Origin: Pseudobdellovibrionaceae bacterium
GTDB lineage: Bacteria > Bdellovibrionota > Bdellovibrionia > Bdellovibrionales > UBA1609
DNA: 64,000 bases
Assembly: GCA_020635075.1 (NCBI GenBank)
Contig: JACKAM010000002.1
Location: forward strand, 199,802 to 263,801
Reading direction: 5' to 3'
The position numbers and the translations under genes are program-made. This document shows positions 38,136 to 47,685 of this stretch, piece by piece. How positions within the stretch are numbered: position 1 is the first letter of the stretch; each line of letters begins with the position of its first letter. A model generated the notes under the pieces. It did no database searches. It saw nothing but the letters and a program-made list of their open reading frames with translations, and was not told where the DNA came from.

Positions 38136-39353
38136 ATGGACGTCCACGGACAGCATCGTCAGGGAATACTGGGTCGAGCGGCCTTATCACTATTAGCTCT
38201 TCTTATGGGAGCCAGCGCATGGGGGGCGGGGAACAATCCTTTTTACCTCACCACCGACCGGGACGAAATCAAGATCATGACTTATAACGTTCTCAACTTG
38301 TTCGACAACGTTCACGATGAGGGCAAGTCGGATTGGACTTTCCTTCCCATCAATCACCCCCTTAAAAAGGAATGCGCAAAAATGCGCAATCCCTACTACC
38401 GCGAAGCCTGTGAGCAGGTGGATTGGACACCGGATCGGATTAAACTGAAACTTGGACAGATCAAACATGCTATTTCCTTTCAGGGCCCCCTCCCCGACAT
38501 TCTTGCTGTCGAGGAAATTGAAAATGCCAACATCACCCGCATGCTGGCTCAGGAGCTGGGATACAAACACTTTTTGATCACGGATAGCCCCGACGGCAGA
38601 GGAATTGACGTCGCTCTTCTCTATAACGATGACAAAATTGAATACATCGAACACGAAGAGATCGACGCCACAGCCGCCCTAAACTATCCTGGTCGCAACA
38701 TCCTGCGCGTTCACTTTCGCCCACGCACGGGACGCATACTTGATGTCATAGGCGTTTACGTCAATCACTGGCCGGCGCAAATGATTTCGCCCATCAAAAG
38801 GGTGGAAGCAGCACGGGTGTTGGCTCGGGCTATCGACACGCAAACCACCAAGGTCGGCAAAGACAATTATAAAGTGATCGCCCTGGGTGACTTTAACCTC
38901 ACCCAAGTCGAGACACCGAACGCCTTTCACCACGTCATCACCAACCCCTATTGGCAGAATGCTCTGGTGGATGTTCAGGACTACTCAGAGGTGCGCAGGA
39001 GTCCTTACCGCTACCAGATGCCTCCCGGCTCTTATTGGATCAATGGCATAGACTCCTGGCGCCGATTGGATCGTTTTGCCGTTAGCCAGAACCTGACTGA
39101 TGAGTCTGGGATGCACGTCGTGTACGACAGCTTTCGCATTGTTGGCCCTGCCGAACTCACCCGCTCCAAGTCCTTCTCTGGCCGGTCATCCGATTTTTAC
39201 GCCACCTCGATGCAGGTTCCCTTTCGCGCCAATCCCATGGCCGACAGCCCAAAAGATGCCGGGTACTCTGATCACCTTCCAATTGTGATGAAGATTAAGT
39301 TCACCGCCAATCCCAATCCCAAAAAACCCAAGCAGACTGGGGAAGAGGACTGA
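38136..39353 (+). CDS. secreted endonuclease/exonuclease/phosphatase (EEP) family protein
   Basis: Signal peptide. EEP motifs (IMTYNVLNLF, AVEEIEN, GDFN, SDHLP). Confidence 0.75.
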   Translation: MDVHGQHRQGILGRAALSLLALLMGASAWGAGNNPFYLTTDRDEIKIMTYNVLNLFDNVHDEGKSDWTFLPINHPLKKECAKMRNPYYREACEQVDWTPDRIKLKLGQIKHAISFQGPLPDILAVEEIENANITRMLAQELGYKHFLITDSPDGRGIDVALLYNDDKIEYIEHEEIDATAALNYPGRNILRVHFRPRTGRILDVIGVYVNHWPAQMISPIKRVEAARVLARAIDTQTTKVGKDNYKVIALGDFNLTQVETPNAFHHVITNPYWQNALVDVQDYSEVRRSPYRYQMPPGSYWINGIDSWRRLDRFAVSQNLTDESGMHVVYDSFRIVGPAELTRSKSFSGRSSDFYATSMQVPFRANPMADSPKDAGYSDHLPIVMKIKFTANPNPKKPKQTGEED

Positions 39354-39356
39354 GAA

Positions 39357-40163
39357 CTATTTGTCCTCAGTTTTACCCGGAGCCAATTTGGTTCCGGGTA
39401 CATTCCCCATTTCCTCAAAATCCTTTAAAAATTGAGGGTCGACTCCTTCGGGAGCCTGGCTTGGAGATGTTTGGGATTTTTGCTTGGCGCGCTTCTCTTC
39501 GCGCTTTTGTTTTTCCTGATCCGACCAGCGCTTGTAGTACTGGCGGTGCTGCTCATTGAACTCCCGGTCCCTCTCACGCATATAGGAGTCAAACTCCTTG
39601 GACTGGGCTTTGACCTCTGACTCAAAATCTTTCCGTTTATCTCTTTCGTTAGCAAAAAAATCGCGCCGCTTACGGTCTTGTTCGGCATAAAAGCGCTTAG
39701 ACAATTCGCGATCAACTTTGGTCTTTTTAAAATCTTCCCTCTCGCCTTTCATCTTAGCCAAAAAATCCTCGCGACGCTCTTTCTCCTTGCGAGTGTACTC
39801 GTCCCGCCACTTTTTGACGTTATCGCGATGTTGACCGCGCTTTTTGCGAACCAAATCTCCCCACTTTGAGCGCACTTTGCTGGGATGGTATTTAAGCTGT
39901 CCCATCAACTCCAACAGCAGAGCTTTTTCATCATTTGCGATGCGTTTTTCTTCAGGAATGTCCTTACGTAGATCGTCCAAGTGGGAGCGGTCGGCCTTGA
40001 GAGAAATCTCCTCGTCCAACACTGGCCGCCCCTCCTCTTCTTTACTACCGATCTGACAACCCGACAGACTGAAGGCCAGGACAAGGGAGCCGAGGCAAAA
40101 ACAGCCCACTCCTAAGGAATTGAAAGGGAAAAATCTGCCGACTGACTTTTGCAGTGAGTTCAT
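39357..40163 (-). CDS. lipoprotein with 11-residue charged repeats
   Basis: Lipobox LSGC after the start MNSLQKSV (ATG 40163). Seven consecutive, mostly 11-aa units each ending in Phe or Trp (LAKMKGEREDF, YAEQDRKRRDF, FANERDKRKDF, ESEVKAQSKEF, DSYMRERDREF ...). Confidence 0.6.
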   Translation of the reverse strand: MNSLQKSVGRFFPFNSLGVGCFCLGSLVLAFSLSGCQIGSKEEEGRPVLDEEISLKADRSHLDDLRKDIPEEKRIANDEKALLLELMGQLKYHPSKVRSKWGDLVRKKRGQHRDNVKKWRDEYTRKEKERREDFLAKMKGEREDFKKTKVDRELSKRFYAEQDRKRRDFFANERDKRKDFESEVKAQSKEFDSYMRERDREFNEQHRQYYKRWSDQEKQKREEKRAKQKSQTSPSQAPEGVDPQFLKDFEEMGNVPGTKLAPGKTEDK

Positions 40164-40235
40164 GTGGATATGATAGAAGACCTTTGGGGAAAATACAATG
40201 CAGGATAAAATTGAACTATGTGGCTTGGTAAAGGC

Positions 40236-40886
40236 ATGGAACATACACACCCTGCGACTTTCGCCCGCCGGGGTTCATTTTTTGTCGATCGGGAATTTCA
40301 GGTCCGATACATCTCCTTGGTCCTTGCCGCCGCCACCGTTGGAGCCTTGTTAAACCTTATTCCCATTTTCTTTTTCCTCGAACAGAACTATGACATCTTC
40401 TATGAGCTGGCTTTCAACACTGCTCCGCAGGTTCTTGAACACCTGGAGCGGGAACGGTTTTGGATTCGAATATTTTCAGTTGGATCATTCCTGTCAATCG
40501 TCGCCTTCTTCGGCTTTATCGGCTTCAAGATGACCTCCCGGATCGTGGGTCCACTCAAGGTCCTGCGTAACCACTTAAAACAAGTCTCCAGAGGGAATTG
40601 GCGATTGAATCCAATTAAGGTGCGAGAGGCTGACGAGTTCCAAGATCTCATTGAGGCCTACAATTACTTCTACAGCTCCTATCGAACCATGTTACAAAGG
40701 GATTTGGACCGACTCAAGTCCCTGAGTATCGACTCAAGCAATCGGGATGCCTATATTGCCTGGAAACAGATGATTGAAGAGAGGGCCATGCAGCTTCACC
40801 TGCCCAACGCATGGCCTGACCCTGCACCGACTAGCGTGAGCGACGCATCGTCTTCTGCAACTCCCGATTCACGTCGCGCTTCTTGA
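40236..40886 (+). CDS. two-TM membrane protein with HAMP-like segment
   Basis: TM helices are followed by SRIVGPLKVLRNHLKQVSRGNW...VREADEFQDLIEAYN, then a short coiled region with no output domain. Confidence 0.55.
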   Translation: MEHTHPATFARRGSFFVDREFQVRYISLVLAAATVGALLNLIPIFFFLEQNYDIFYELAFNTAPQVLEHLERERFWIRIFSVGSFLSIVAFFGFIGFKMTSRIVGPLKVLRNHLKQVSRGNWRLNPIKVREADEFQDLIEAYNYFYSSYRTMLQRDLDRLKSLSIDSSNRDAYIAWKQMIEERAMQLHLPNAWPDPAPTSVSDASSSATPDSRRAS

Positions 40887-41286
40887 TCGAGTCACGCTTA
40901 TCGTGTTTCTTCTTTCCTCTTCCTAAGCCAATCTCAACTTTGACTCGGCCTTTTTTAAAATAGACCTTCAGAGGGACGCAGGTGAGGCCCTTCTCCTGAA
41001 TGGCCGCGGCAATCTTATTGAGCTCATAATCGTGAAGGAGGAGTTTGCGTAATCTTTCTGGCTCATGGTTGTTGTAGCTGCTCGGCTTGTAAATGGGGAT
41101 ATGAGCATTCTGAAGGTAGGCCTCGTGGTTTTGAAAAGACACGTAGGCGTCCTTGAGGGTGCAGTGCCCCGCGCGCAAGGATTTGACCTCGGAACCCATA
41201 AGGGCAATTCCAGCCTCATAGGTATCAAAAATCTCAAAGTCAAAGCGGGCCTTTCGGTTGTCCGCTATCAACTTGATACCACTCAT
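40831..41286 (-). CDS. smpB: SsrA-binding protein
   Basis: 151 aa. IADNRKARFDFEI...GSEVKSLR...L is canonical SmpB, with a basic C-terminal tail. Confidence 0.9.
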   Translation of the reverse strand: MSGIKLIADNRKARFDFEIFDTYEAGIALMGSEVKSLRAGHCTLKDAYVSFQNHEAYLQNAHIPIYKPSSYNNHEPERLRKLLLHDYELNKIAAAIQEKGLTCVPLKVYFKKGRVKVEIGLGRGKKKHDKRDSIKKRDVNRELQKTMRRSR

Positions 41287-42125
41287 TGCTGATTCTCTTT
41301 TCCAGCCCGGGACAATTCCTCAAACAGCAGACGAAACTGCCGGGGCGACAATTCCTCGGCCCTGACTTGATGCCCAAGACCTAAGTCCTGACCCACGCGA
41401 AGAGCCAAGTCCATTTCTACACCAAAGCGACTGTACTCGCCAGAGAGGTTCTTCCACAAAATCTTGCGACGGTGGGAGAACGCGGCCTTCACAAAGCGCA
41501 AGAGGGCCTGCCCACTGCAATTAGGCGCATCCTCAAGCCGATTAAAAAGCAACACCCGACTGGCCACCTGGGGTGCCGGCCAAAAACAGCGAGGCCCGGC
41601 TTCACAAACCGCTCTCACCCGCCAAAACAACTGGGCCACGACGCTCAGGAGACCATACTCCTTGGTTTTGGGGCCGGCCATAATTCTCTGTGCCACTTCT
41701 TTCTGAAACATCAAAACCATGGATTCAATGGCTAATGGCCCCAAACAGCGGTCGATCACAATAGAGCTAGATATCTGATAGGGAAGGTTGCTCACCAGCG
41801 TCGTCCCCTGAGCGAGATTCAAAGAGTTCCAGTCCACCATAAGGGCGTCTTCTTCAAGCAACTCCAGACCCTCACCCCGCCAGAGTCCCGCAAACTCCCT
41901 GTCCAACTCGATCAATAGAAGTGGAACATCCAATCCTCGCAGTCTTTCTGTCAATGAACCCAATCCAGGGCCCACTTCAACTAACGAGTTTGGCTGGCAA
42001 CCTTTTACCGCCTCCACAATTCTTTTCACGATATTTTCATCAATGAGAAAGTTCTGTCCCAGGGATCTTTTGGGCGAGGATCCCAATTGGGCTAGCTTGT
42101 CTTGAATATCCTCTTTGAGACTCAT
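41283..42125 (-). CDS. rsmA: 16S rRNA (adenine1518/1519-N6)-dimethyltransferase
   Basis: KRSLGQNFLID and VEVGPGLGSLT motifs, NLPYQISS. Confidence 0.9.
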   Translation of the reverse strand: MSLKEDIQDKLAQLGSSPKRSLGQNFLIDENIVKRIVEAVKGCQPNSLVEVGPGLGSLTERLRGLDVPLLLIELDREFAGLWRGEGLELLEEDALMVDWNSLNLAQGTTLVSNLPYQISSSIVIDRCLGPLAIESMVLMFQKEVAQRIMAGPKTKEYGLLSVVAQLFWRVRAVCEAGPRCFWPAPQVASRVLLFNRLEDAPNCSGQALLRFVKAAFSHRRKILWKNLSGEYSRFGVEMDLALRVGQDLGLGHQVRAEELSPRQFRLLFEELSRAGKENQQ

Positions 42126-43189
42126 GGAGAGTCCGCGGTCTTGAAATCACCAGGGTAGGGTCTTGGACTGGGACCCAAGTCTTCAGCCGCCCTCTCCCCT
42201 TTGCGCAAACGATGGATTCCCGCATAGCCAATCATGGCCGCATTATCAGTACAGTAGCGAAGAGGGGGAATCACCACTAAACAGCCCTGCTGCTGACCCC
42301 ACTCTTCCGCCCGACTGCGCAAACGGGAGTTGGCACTCACACCGCCAGTCAATACCACGGTTTTGATCCCTGTCTGCTGCACTCCTCGTGTGAGTTTAGC
42401 CAATAAGACATCGACGATGGCTTCTTGGTAGGAGGCACACAGAGAGCTGATTTCGGACTTCTTCTCTTCAGCCGACATTTTAGCCAATTGATTTTGTGCT
42501 GCGGTCTTCAGTCCTGAAAAACTAAAATTTAGATTCTCTTCGTGAATCATGGCGCGAGGAAAGCTGTACTTGCTTGCATCCCCTTCACGGGACAGCCAAT
42601 CGACCTGCACACCGCCCGGAAAGCCAAGCCCGGCCATCTTGGCAAACTTGTCAAAGGCCTCACCAGCAGCATCGTCCACCGTGCGTCCCAGAATCGTGTA
42701 AGAACCCAGCTCATCAACCTGAAACAAATGGGTATGACCGCCAGAAATCGCCAGCCCCAGATAGGGGAAGCCGAATTCATCAGGTGCCGAGAAATCATTG
42801 TCCTTCAAAAAACCCGCAAGAAGATGCCCCTCTAGGTGATTCACCGCGACCAGGGGAAGGCCTTTTGCCAAGGACAGGGTTTTCGCCGTCACCAATCCCA
42901 CGAGTAAAGAACCCACCAGACCCGGGCGGGAAGTCACTGCCAAACCGTGAATGTCAGACCAATTCCGTCCCGATCGACTCAAAGTTTGTTCAATTAGAGG
43001 AAGAATATTTAATGTATGATTGCGACTGGCAATTTCGGGTACCACACCACCAAAAGGTTCATGAACCAAGTCCTGATTGGCTGAACACACGGCCTCCACC
43101 TGACCCTGCCAGGTCACCACAGCGGCCGAAGTGTCATCACAACTGGTTTCGATAGCTAATATGCGCTCAATTTCTGGATTGAATTCCAT
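42122..43189 (-). CDS. tsaD: tRNA N6-adenosine threonylcarbamoyltransferase
   Basis: ILAIETSCDDTSAAV, HLEGH and GGVSAN motifs. I prefer ATG 43189 (MEFNPEIERIL) over the ORF-track start. Confidence 0.9.
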   Translation of the reverse strand: MEFNPEIERILAIETSCDDTSAAVVTWQGQVEAVCSANQDLVHEPFGGVVPEIASRNHTLNILPLIEQTLSRSGRNWSDIHGLAVTSRPGLVGSLLVGLVTAKTLSLAKGLPLVAVNHLEGHLLAGFLKDNDFSAPDEFGFPYLGLAISGGHTHLFQVDELGSYTILGRTVDDAAGEAFDKFAKMAGLGFPGGVQVDWLSREGDASKYSFPRAMIHEENLNFSFSGLKTAAQNQLAKMSAEEKKSEISSLCASYQEAIVDVLLAKLTRGVQQTGIKTVVLTGGVSANSRLRSRAEEWGQQQGCLVVIPPLRYCTDNAAMIGYAGIHRLRKGERAAEDLGPSPRPYPGDFKTADSP

Positions 43190-43254
43190 TCTCAGGAAAT
43201 AGCACAGGGGCATACAAAAGGCGAGCTTCGGGCCCCGTCAACCACCCCTTCCCT

Positions 43255-43923
43255 CTATTTTTTGACGGATTTCAAGCGTGTTTTGGCTTGCTTGGCCTCT
43301 GAAGACTTAGGAAATTTTTCAATCACTTCGTCAAAAAAAGCCCTGGCATCATTGCCCATGCCCAGCTCCTGAAAACACACGCCAATTTTATAGGTGGCCG
43401 ACGCGTACTTGCGTCCCTTTGGATTCATCTCGCGGTACTTCTGATAGCCAACGATGGCAGCTTTCCAGTCCTTTTTATCAAATGAATCTTCAGCCGCCGA
43501 AAAGTTGCCCTTCTTGGAAGCTGGAGCCGGAGCTGCCTTTGCCTTTTTCACCTGCTCCAACTCTTGGGAGAGCGATACAATTTGACCTTCCAGTTTGCGC
43601 AAGGCCTCCTCATAGAGCCTTAGTCTCTCATCACTTTGGGTTTTGGCTGTTTGCCGCTCCTGCAGTGCCTGTTCCTTCTCCTGACGAGCCTCGTTCAGCC
43701 TTTGCTCAAGAGTTTCAATGCGACCTCGCATATAGCGGAATTGCTCATCATAGTCCTGAAAGCGCACCTCATCCCGTGCCGCCGACTGCTGAAGATTGCT
43801 CAACTTGTTTTGCATTTCACTCTTGGACTCAGCTTCTTTGAGATCAGCCCGTGTCCGCAGACACCCCGAAAAGGACCCAAGGATGAACAAACCGACTATG
43901 CCAGATAGAAACAAATTTCTCAT
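43255..43923 (-). CDS. cpoB: Tol-Pal associated coiled-coil/TPR protein CpoB (YbgF)-like
   Basis: Lipobox or signal FSGC, a long coiled coil, and a C-terminal TPR-like YKIGVCFQELG. Lies downstream of pal. Confidence 0.65.
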   Translation of the reverse strand: MRNLFLSGIVGLFILGSFSGCLRTRADLKEAESKSEMQNKLSNLQQSAARDEVRFQDYDEQFRYMRGRIETLEQRLNEARQEKEQALQERQTAKTQSDERLRLYEEALRKLEGQIVSLSQELEQVKKAKAAPAPASKKGNFSAAEDSFDKKDWKAAIVGYQKYREMNPKGRKYASATYKIGVCFQELGMGNDARAFFDEVIEKFPKSSEAKQAKTRLKSVKK

Positions 43924-44246
43924 GGAAACCCCTCACCCGATTGAAATTTACGGAGTCGTGCGGAATTTTCCGCCTTTTCCGCATATTCTCGCGCCTGCTC
44001 GAAAAACTCGCGGGCCACTCCAAAATCATTGTCCGCATAGGCTTGTTCACCTTTGCGATAATACTCCTCAGACTTGTGCCAAAAGCCAGACGCATAGCGG
44101 GCTGCCTCAACATCCTGGGCCGCCTGTAGTGCCGTTCGTGCAATGGTGTATTCTGGAATCGGTGGTGCGCTGGCACATCGCCAGCCACCAAAGATCATGA
44201 GTACGATCAGAAGAAGTGTTCGAAAGGAAATGTCTCGCCCCATCAA
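43920..44246 (-). CDS. small exported helical protein (DUF4398-like)
   Basis: 108 aa with a signal/TM segment, then an ARTALQAAQDVEAARYA...YRKGEQAY helical hairpin pattern. Lies between pal and cpoB. Confidence 0.5.
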   Translation of the reverse strand: MMGRDISFRTLLLIVLMIFGGWRCASAPPIPEYTIARTALQAAQDVEAARYASGFWHKSEEYYRKGEQAYADNDFGVAREFFEQAREYAEKAENSARLRKFQSGEGFP

Positions 44247-44261
44247 TTGGGCCTCACTTCC

Positions 44262-44768
44262 TTACTGGGGAAGCGGTACAAAGTTGGCGCGACGGTTACG
44301 AGCATGATCAGCTTCACTGTCACCTTGTGACAAAAGCTTTTCTTTTCCATAACTGATGATGGTCATCCGCTTGCCATCAATTCCCAAGCTCACCAAATAG
44401 TTTTTAACCGCCTTGGCACGACGCTCCCCCAAGGAGAGGTTGTACTCAATTGAACCGCGGCTGTCGCAGTGACCTTCAATTTGAATGGTCAGATTGCTGT
44501 TTTCCTTAATCCATGAAGCATTGCCAGAGAGAATCTTGCGAGCAGATGCAGTCAAAGTTGCCTGGTCATAGTCAAAGTTGACGGTTTGCAGACCTTGAAT
44601 ATTTCCACTGTCAGATCCCATGGGATCAAAAGACATGGCCTGTGAGGTCACACTGGGATCGGCACTCACATCACCTACGGTGGAGTCTTCTTTTTTTTGC
44701 TTACTTGTACAAGAAACACCGAAAACAAGAGTCAGAGAGAGAAAAATCAAGGCGACAATGCGAGACAT
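44262..44768 (-). CDS. pal: peptidoglycan-associated lipoprotein
   Basis: Lipobox FGVSC. OmpA_C domain (IEGHCDSRGSIEYNLSLGERRAKAV). Confidence 0.85.
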   Translation of the reverse strand: MSRIVALIFLSLTLVFGVSCTSKQKKEDSTVGDVSADPSVTSQAMSFDPMGSDSGNIQGLQTVNFDYDQATLTASARKILSGNASWIKENSNLTIQIEGHCDSRGSIEYNLSLGERRAKAVKNYLVSLGIDGKRMTIISYGKEKLLSQGDSEADHARNRRANFVPLPQ

Positions 44769-44993
44769 AACGACACTCCTTCTAGTTGAGTCCCCATTCT
44801 AGGAAATCACGTGTAAAAGTCAAATGTTGCAGGTTCTTGGCCAAATACTCTTTGACGCCAGCCATAAGCCCGCTCATGTCCTGTTTACGGACATGAAACA
44901 TTTCGCTGTGGCCAAAAGCCTCATTCTGGATTGGTGCCGACCTTGCACCACCTGTCTTAACTCAGACTAAACCAATTTTTGTGGAGGATATCC

Positions 44994-45353
44994 ATGCAAA
45001 GTCTCAATACCGTCATTCTCTCTGGCTACCTTGGGGCAGACCCCGAATCGCTAGAATCCAAAGACGGCAAAACCTATACCCGCCTGAGCCTGGCCACCCA
45101 CCAGGCTAAACGCAAAGGAGAAAATCAGCCGTGGAGCCTACACACCCACTGGCATAAGGTCCTAGTGTTCGGACGCCAAAGTTTGCTGTGTCAGACCCGC
45201 CTGCACAAAGGTGATCGCATCGCCATCGAAGGGATGTTGAGTTCCATTTCCAACAAGAACGCAGATGGCCAGACTTTCCGCCAGGTCGCGGTTTTGGCCA
45301 ATCGAGTGAGTTTTATTGAAGTGAAGGAAAATCAAGTGGATGATGAGGATTAG
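44994..45353 (+). CDS. ssb: short single-stranded DNA-binding protein (OB fold only)
   Basis: LNTVILSGYLGADPE...WHKVLVFG OB-fold pattern. 119 aa from ATG 44994. Acidic end VDDED but no Gly/Pro linker or IPF tip. Confidence 0.7.
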   Translation: MQSLNTVILSGYLGADPESLESKDGKTYTRLSLATHQAKRKGENQPWSLHTHWHKVLVFGRQSLLCQTRLHKGDRIAIEGMLSSISNKNADGQTFRQVAVLANRVSFIEVKENQVDDED

Positions 45354-45488
45354 AAAGCCCCGTAGTTCAGTCTGGATTTGACCAAAATGAGGGTGCCGGT
45401 AGCACCTCGATCTTGACTTTTCCCGCCCCGCAGGAAATGATTATGCTGTGGCGCATCTTATGGCGCTCTGCTTTCTGTCGGGGGAGAC

Positions 45489-45983
45489 ATGGACAAGTTG
45501 CAGTGGATCCGAGACTTAGTGCTGGCTGAACAGCAAATGGAAGAGTCGGGTGTGGTGGATTTCTCAGCCGGATTCGATCCCGGCAAGGATGTGGATCAGG
45601 CCACCATTGAGTTTATGAACGATCTCAAGGCAGCTTTCGTGGAGAGTGCCAGTGCCTTTAATCAACTCAAGGGCTCCTCGGTCGGCAACGTCAAAATCTA
45701 CGGTATTTCCAAAACAAAATCGGATTTCATGCTTTTTCGCAATGGTTACAAACTGATCTTTGCTCTGCGCAAGCCAGGACTGATTGGAATTCGCTTTAAT
45801 CTGATTGGCTCCAGCTTTTTGCCTGGACAAGAACCTGAGCAAGTCTCTGGCAAAGAGGATCTTCTGAAGGCCGCGTGGGGCGCCTTTGGTGAACTCAAGT
45901 GGACTTATAATGATCAGCTAATCAACCTGGATTACCTGGTTCGCTATTATCTGAGCCGCTTTATTCGTGAAAGCTCTAAATAG
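45489..45983 (+). CDS. hypothetical protein
   Basis: 164-aa ORF with GGGGAG SD upstream. No recognisable motif. Confidence 0.5.
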   Translation: MDKLQWIRDLVLAEQQMEESGVVDFSAGFDPGKDVDQATIEFMNDLKAAFVESASAFNQLKGSSVGNVKIYGISKTKSDFMLFRNGYKLIFALRKPGLIGIRFNLIGSSFLPGQEPEQVSGKEDLLKAAWGAFGELKWTYNDQLINLDYLVRYYLSRFIRESSK

Positions 45984-46212
45984 AAATATCAAAGCGCCCA
46001 CGACCGGGCTCCGCTAGTCGAAATGCATAAGGGCGGACGGCCGTAACGACCAGGTCAATGCTTTGGCCAAGCCGAAATTTTTTAGCAGTTTGGTTGTGAA
46101 CGCGGATTAGATCTCCCTGGAAACGCACAACCATGGAACCGTCCCGTTGCAGCTCCACCACCTGTGCTTCCACCACGTCCCCGGGATTAAATTGAGGAAG
46201 AGAAAACTTCAT
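45976..46212 (-). CDS. hypothetical small protein
   Basis: 78-aa ORF directly downstream of the 407-aa gene. Beta-rich sequence (VVEAQVVELQRDGSMVVRF). Confidence 0.4.
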   Translation of the reverse strand: MKFSLPQFNPGDVVEAQVVELQRDGSMVVRFQGDLIRVHNQTAKKFRLGQSIDLVVTAVRPYAFRLAEPGRGRFDISI

Positions 46213-46217
46213 GGCGA

Positions 46218-47441
46218 CTAGCCTAGATAATCATTCACGTTGATTTTGGGAAAAGCCACCTCACGCACCCCTGCCTCTCTAGGACGTAGACCATTCTTGT
46301 CCCGCGGCTCGCCTTCTGGTTCCAACATAGTAAATCGGGTCTGGGCTTCATCCGAACTTGCTGAGGGCTTTTGCAGGTCAAAGCTCGGCACCCCACCCAC
46401 CTCCTCGTTCTTTGCCAAAGTGGTATTGAAGCTCGGCTCCCCAGGCATAATGATTTCCGGACCTTCGTCTTCAGGTTGGTCCTCGTCCCGCGTTTTATCC
46501 AAGTCCAAGACAAAGGATTCACTGATCTCAGCCGGTACGTGGGGCTTGATAAGCGAATTCACATCACGCTTTTCAGCGACTTGTGCTTGAGATGGTTCCT
46601 CGATAAAACTATCAACCGACTCGTCTCTTTTGTCGTGAAGAAGGGATGATGCCTTGCTCATCAATTTATCAGTCACCTTGCGTGCCGCCTCCATCAGCTT
46701 ACTGGCTTCAACGGACTCCTGGGCTTCTTCAATCTGCTGAGTCTCGTAGCTGCGACAGGCCTCGCGGAATTCATTGCCCAGCTTTTGGAGTGACGCATAT
46801 TCCTCCTTGGGAACATCAAACACCGCCGAGAGATCACTGCCGCGATATTCAAAATCCTCAGCTCCGTCTTCGAGGATTCTCTCGTCACCTGATTCTTCGA
46901 CCTGAGGCACTGGCTCCTCGATTCGTGCCCACTCCGGAAGAGCATCCTGATCAAACATCAGGCGGTCCTTGTTCACTTTGGCAATGAACTCAATCTCACC
47001 CATGGGAAGATCCACCGCTTGGGCGATCTCAGCCAAACTGGCCCCTTCATGGGCCATACGAGCAGCGCGCACGTATTTGATGGTATTTTGTCTCTCAATA
47101 ATCTCCTCATGGGGAATTTTGTCTTGAAAGATCTCGGCCATTTCTCGGCTGCGTTCGATGGAGTGATCGACTTGATTCATGTGCTTTTGCGCGTCCTCAA
47201 TTTTTTGCTGAACCTGACGAGTCTTTTGCTCAAGAAGAGCCGTCAGCTGTTTCACCTGAACATCGGTACGGTCAGACAAGTCCTCAAGCACAGCAATCTT
47301 GCTCTGCAAAAGTTGCAAGCCACGACTGAGGCGAGGATCATCTTGTGGAGGCTTCTTGAGTTTTGACCACAAGATATAAATTGCCAGTCCCAAAATCAGA
47401 TTCACCACGATTTGCAAAAGCATGAGTGAACTCACAGCCAC
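46218..47441 (-). CDS. N-terminally anchored acidic coiled-coil protein, function unknown
   Basis: 407 aa with an N-terminal TM helix, a coiled coil, a possible HTH-like stretch (GASLAEIAQAVDLPMGEIEFIAKV) and an acidic disordered tail. Confidence 0.55.
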   Translation of the reverse strand: MAVSSLMLLQIVVNLILGLAIYILWSKLKKPPQDDPRLSRGLQLLQSKIAVLEDLSDRTDVQVKQLTALLEQKTRQVQQKIEDAQKHMNQVDHSIERSREMAEIFQDKIPHEEIIERQNTIKYVRAARMAHEGASLAEIAQAVDLPMGEIEFIAKVNKDRLMFDQDALPEWARIEEPVPQVEESGDERILEDGAEDFEYRGSDLSAVFDVPKEEYASLQKLGNEFREACRSYETQQIEEAQESVEASKLMEAARKVTDKLMSKASSLLHDKRDESVDSFIEEPSQAQVAEKRDVNSLIKPHVPAEISESFVLDLDKTRDEDQPEDEGPEIIMPGEPSFNTTLAKNEEVGGVPSFDLQKPSASSDEAQTRFTMLEPEGEPRDKNGLRPREAGVREVAFPKINVNDYLG

Positions 47442-47685
47442 GTCCTTTCGTTCAAATTGATCCCTCTTTGGATCAATGCCGTCGGCCGCTTAGTGGAGTT
47501 CACCTGGAAGAAAGATGGCAGCCGCCTTCCTCTATAATAATGAAGGTCGAGGCTAGCCGCAACACGACACGAGAGAACTCCCCGCAAGAAGTCCAGCTCT
47601 CTGTAACAATTCAATTGTAGTTTTTGAATTTCAAGACCTTGGCTCAGTCTTTTTTGGTCAATTGTTTACGGCGACCTTGGTCGAG

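Noticed and set aside
40831-40886. 56-bp convergent overlap between the HAMP-like membrane protein gene and smpB
   Set aside because: It is probably just a low-complexity C-terminal tail running on to the next stop. There is no evidence of a functional antisense arrangement.
45356-45385. tRNA-like 5' fragment (gccccgtagttcagtctgga)
   Set aside because: It resembles only an acceptor and D-loop start. No matching D-stem return, anticodon arm or GTTCGAATC T-loop follows, so it is probably chance or at most a relic.
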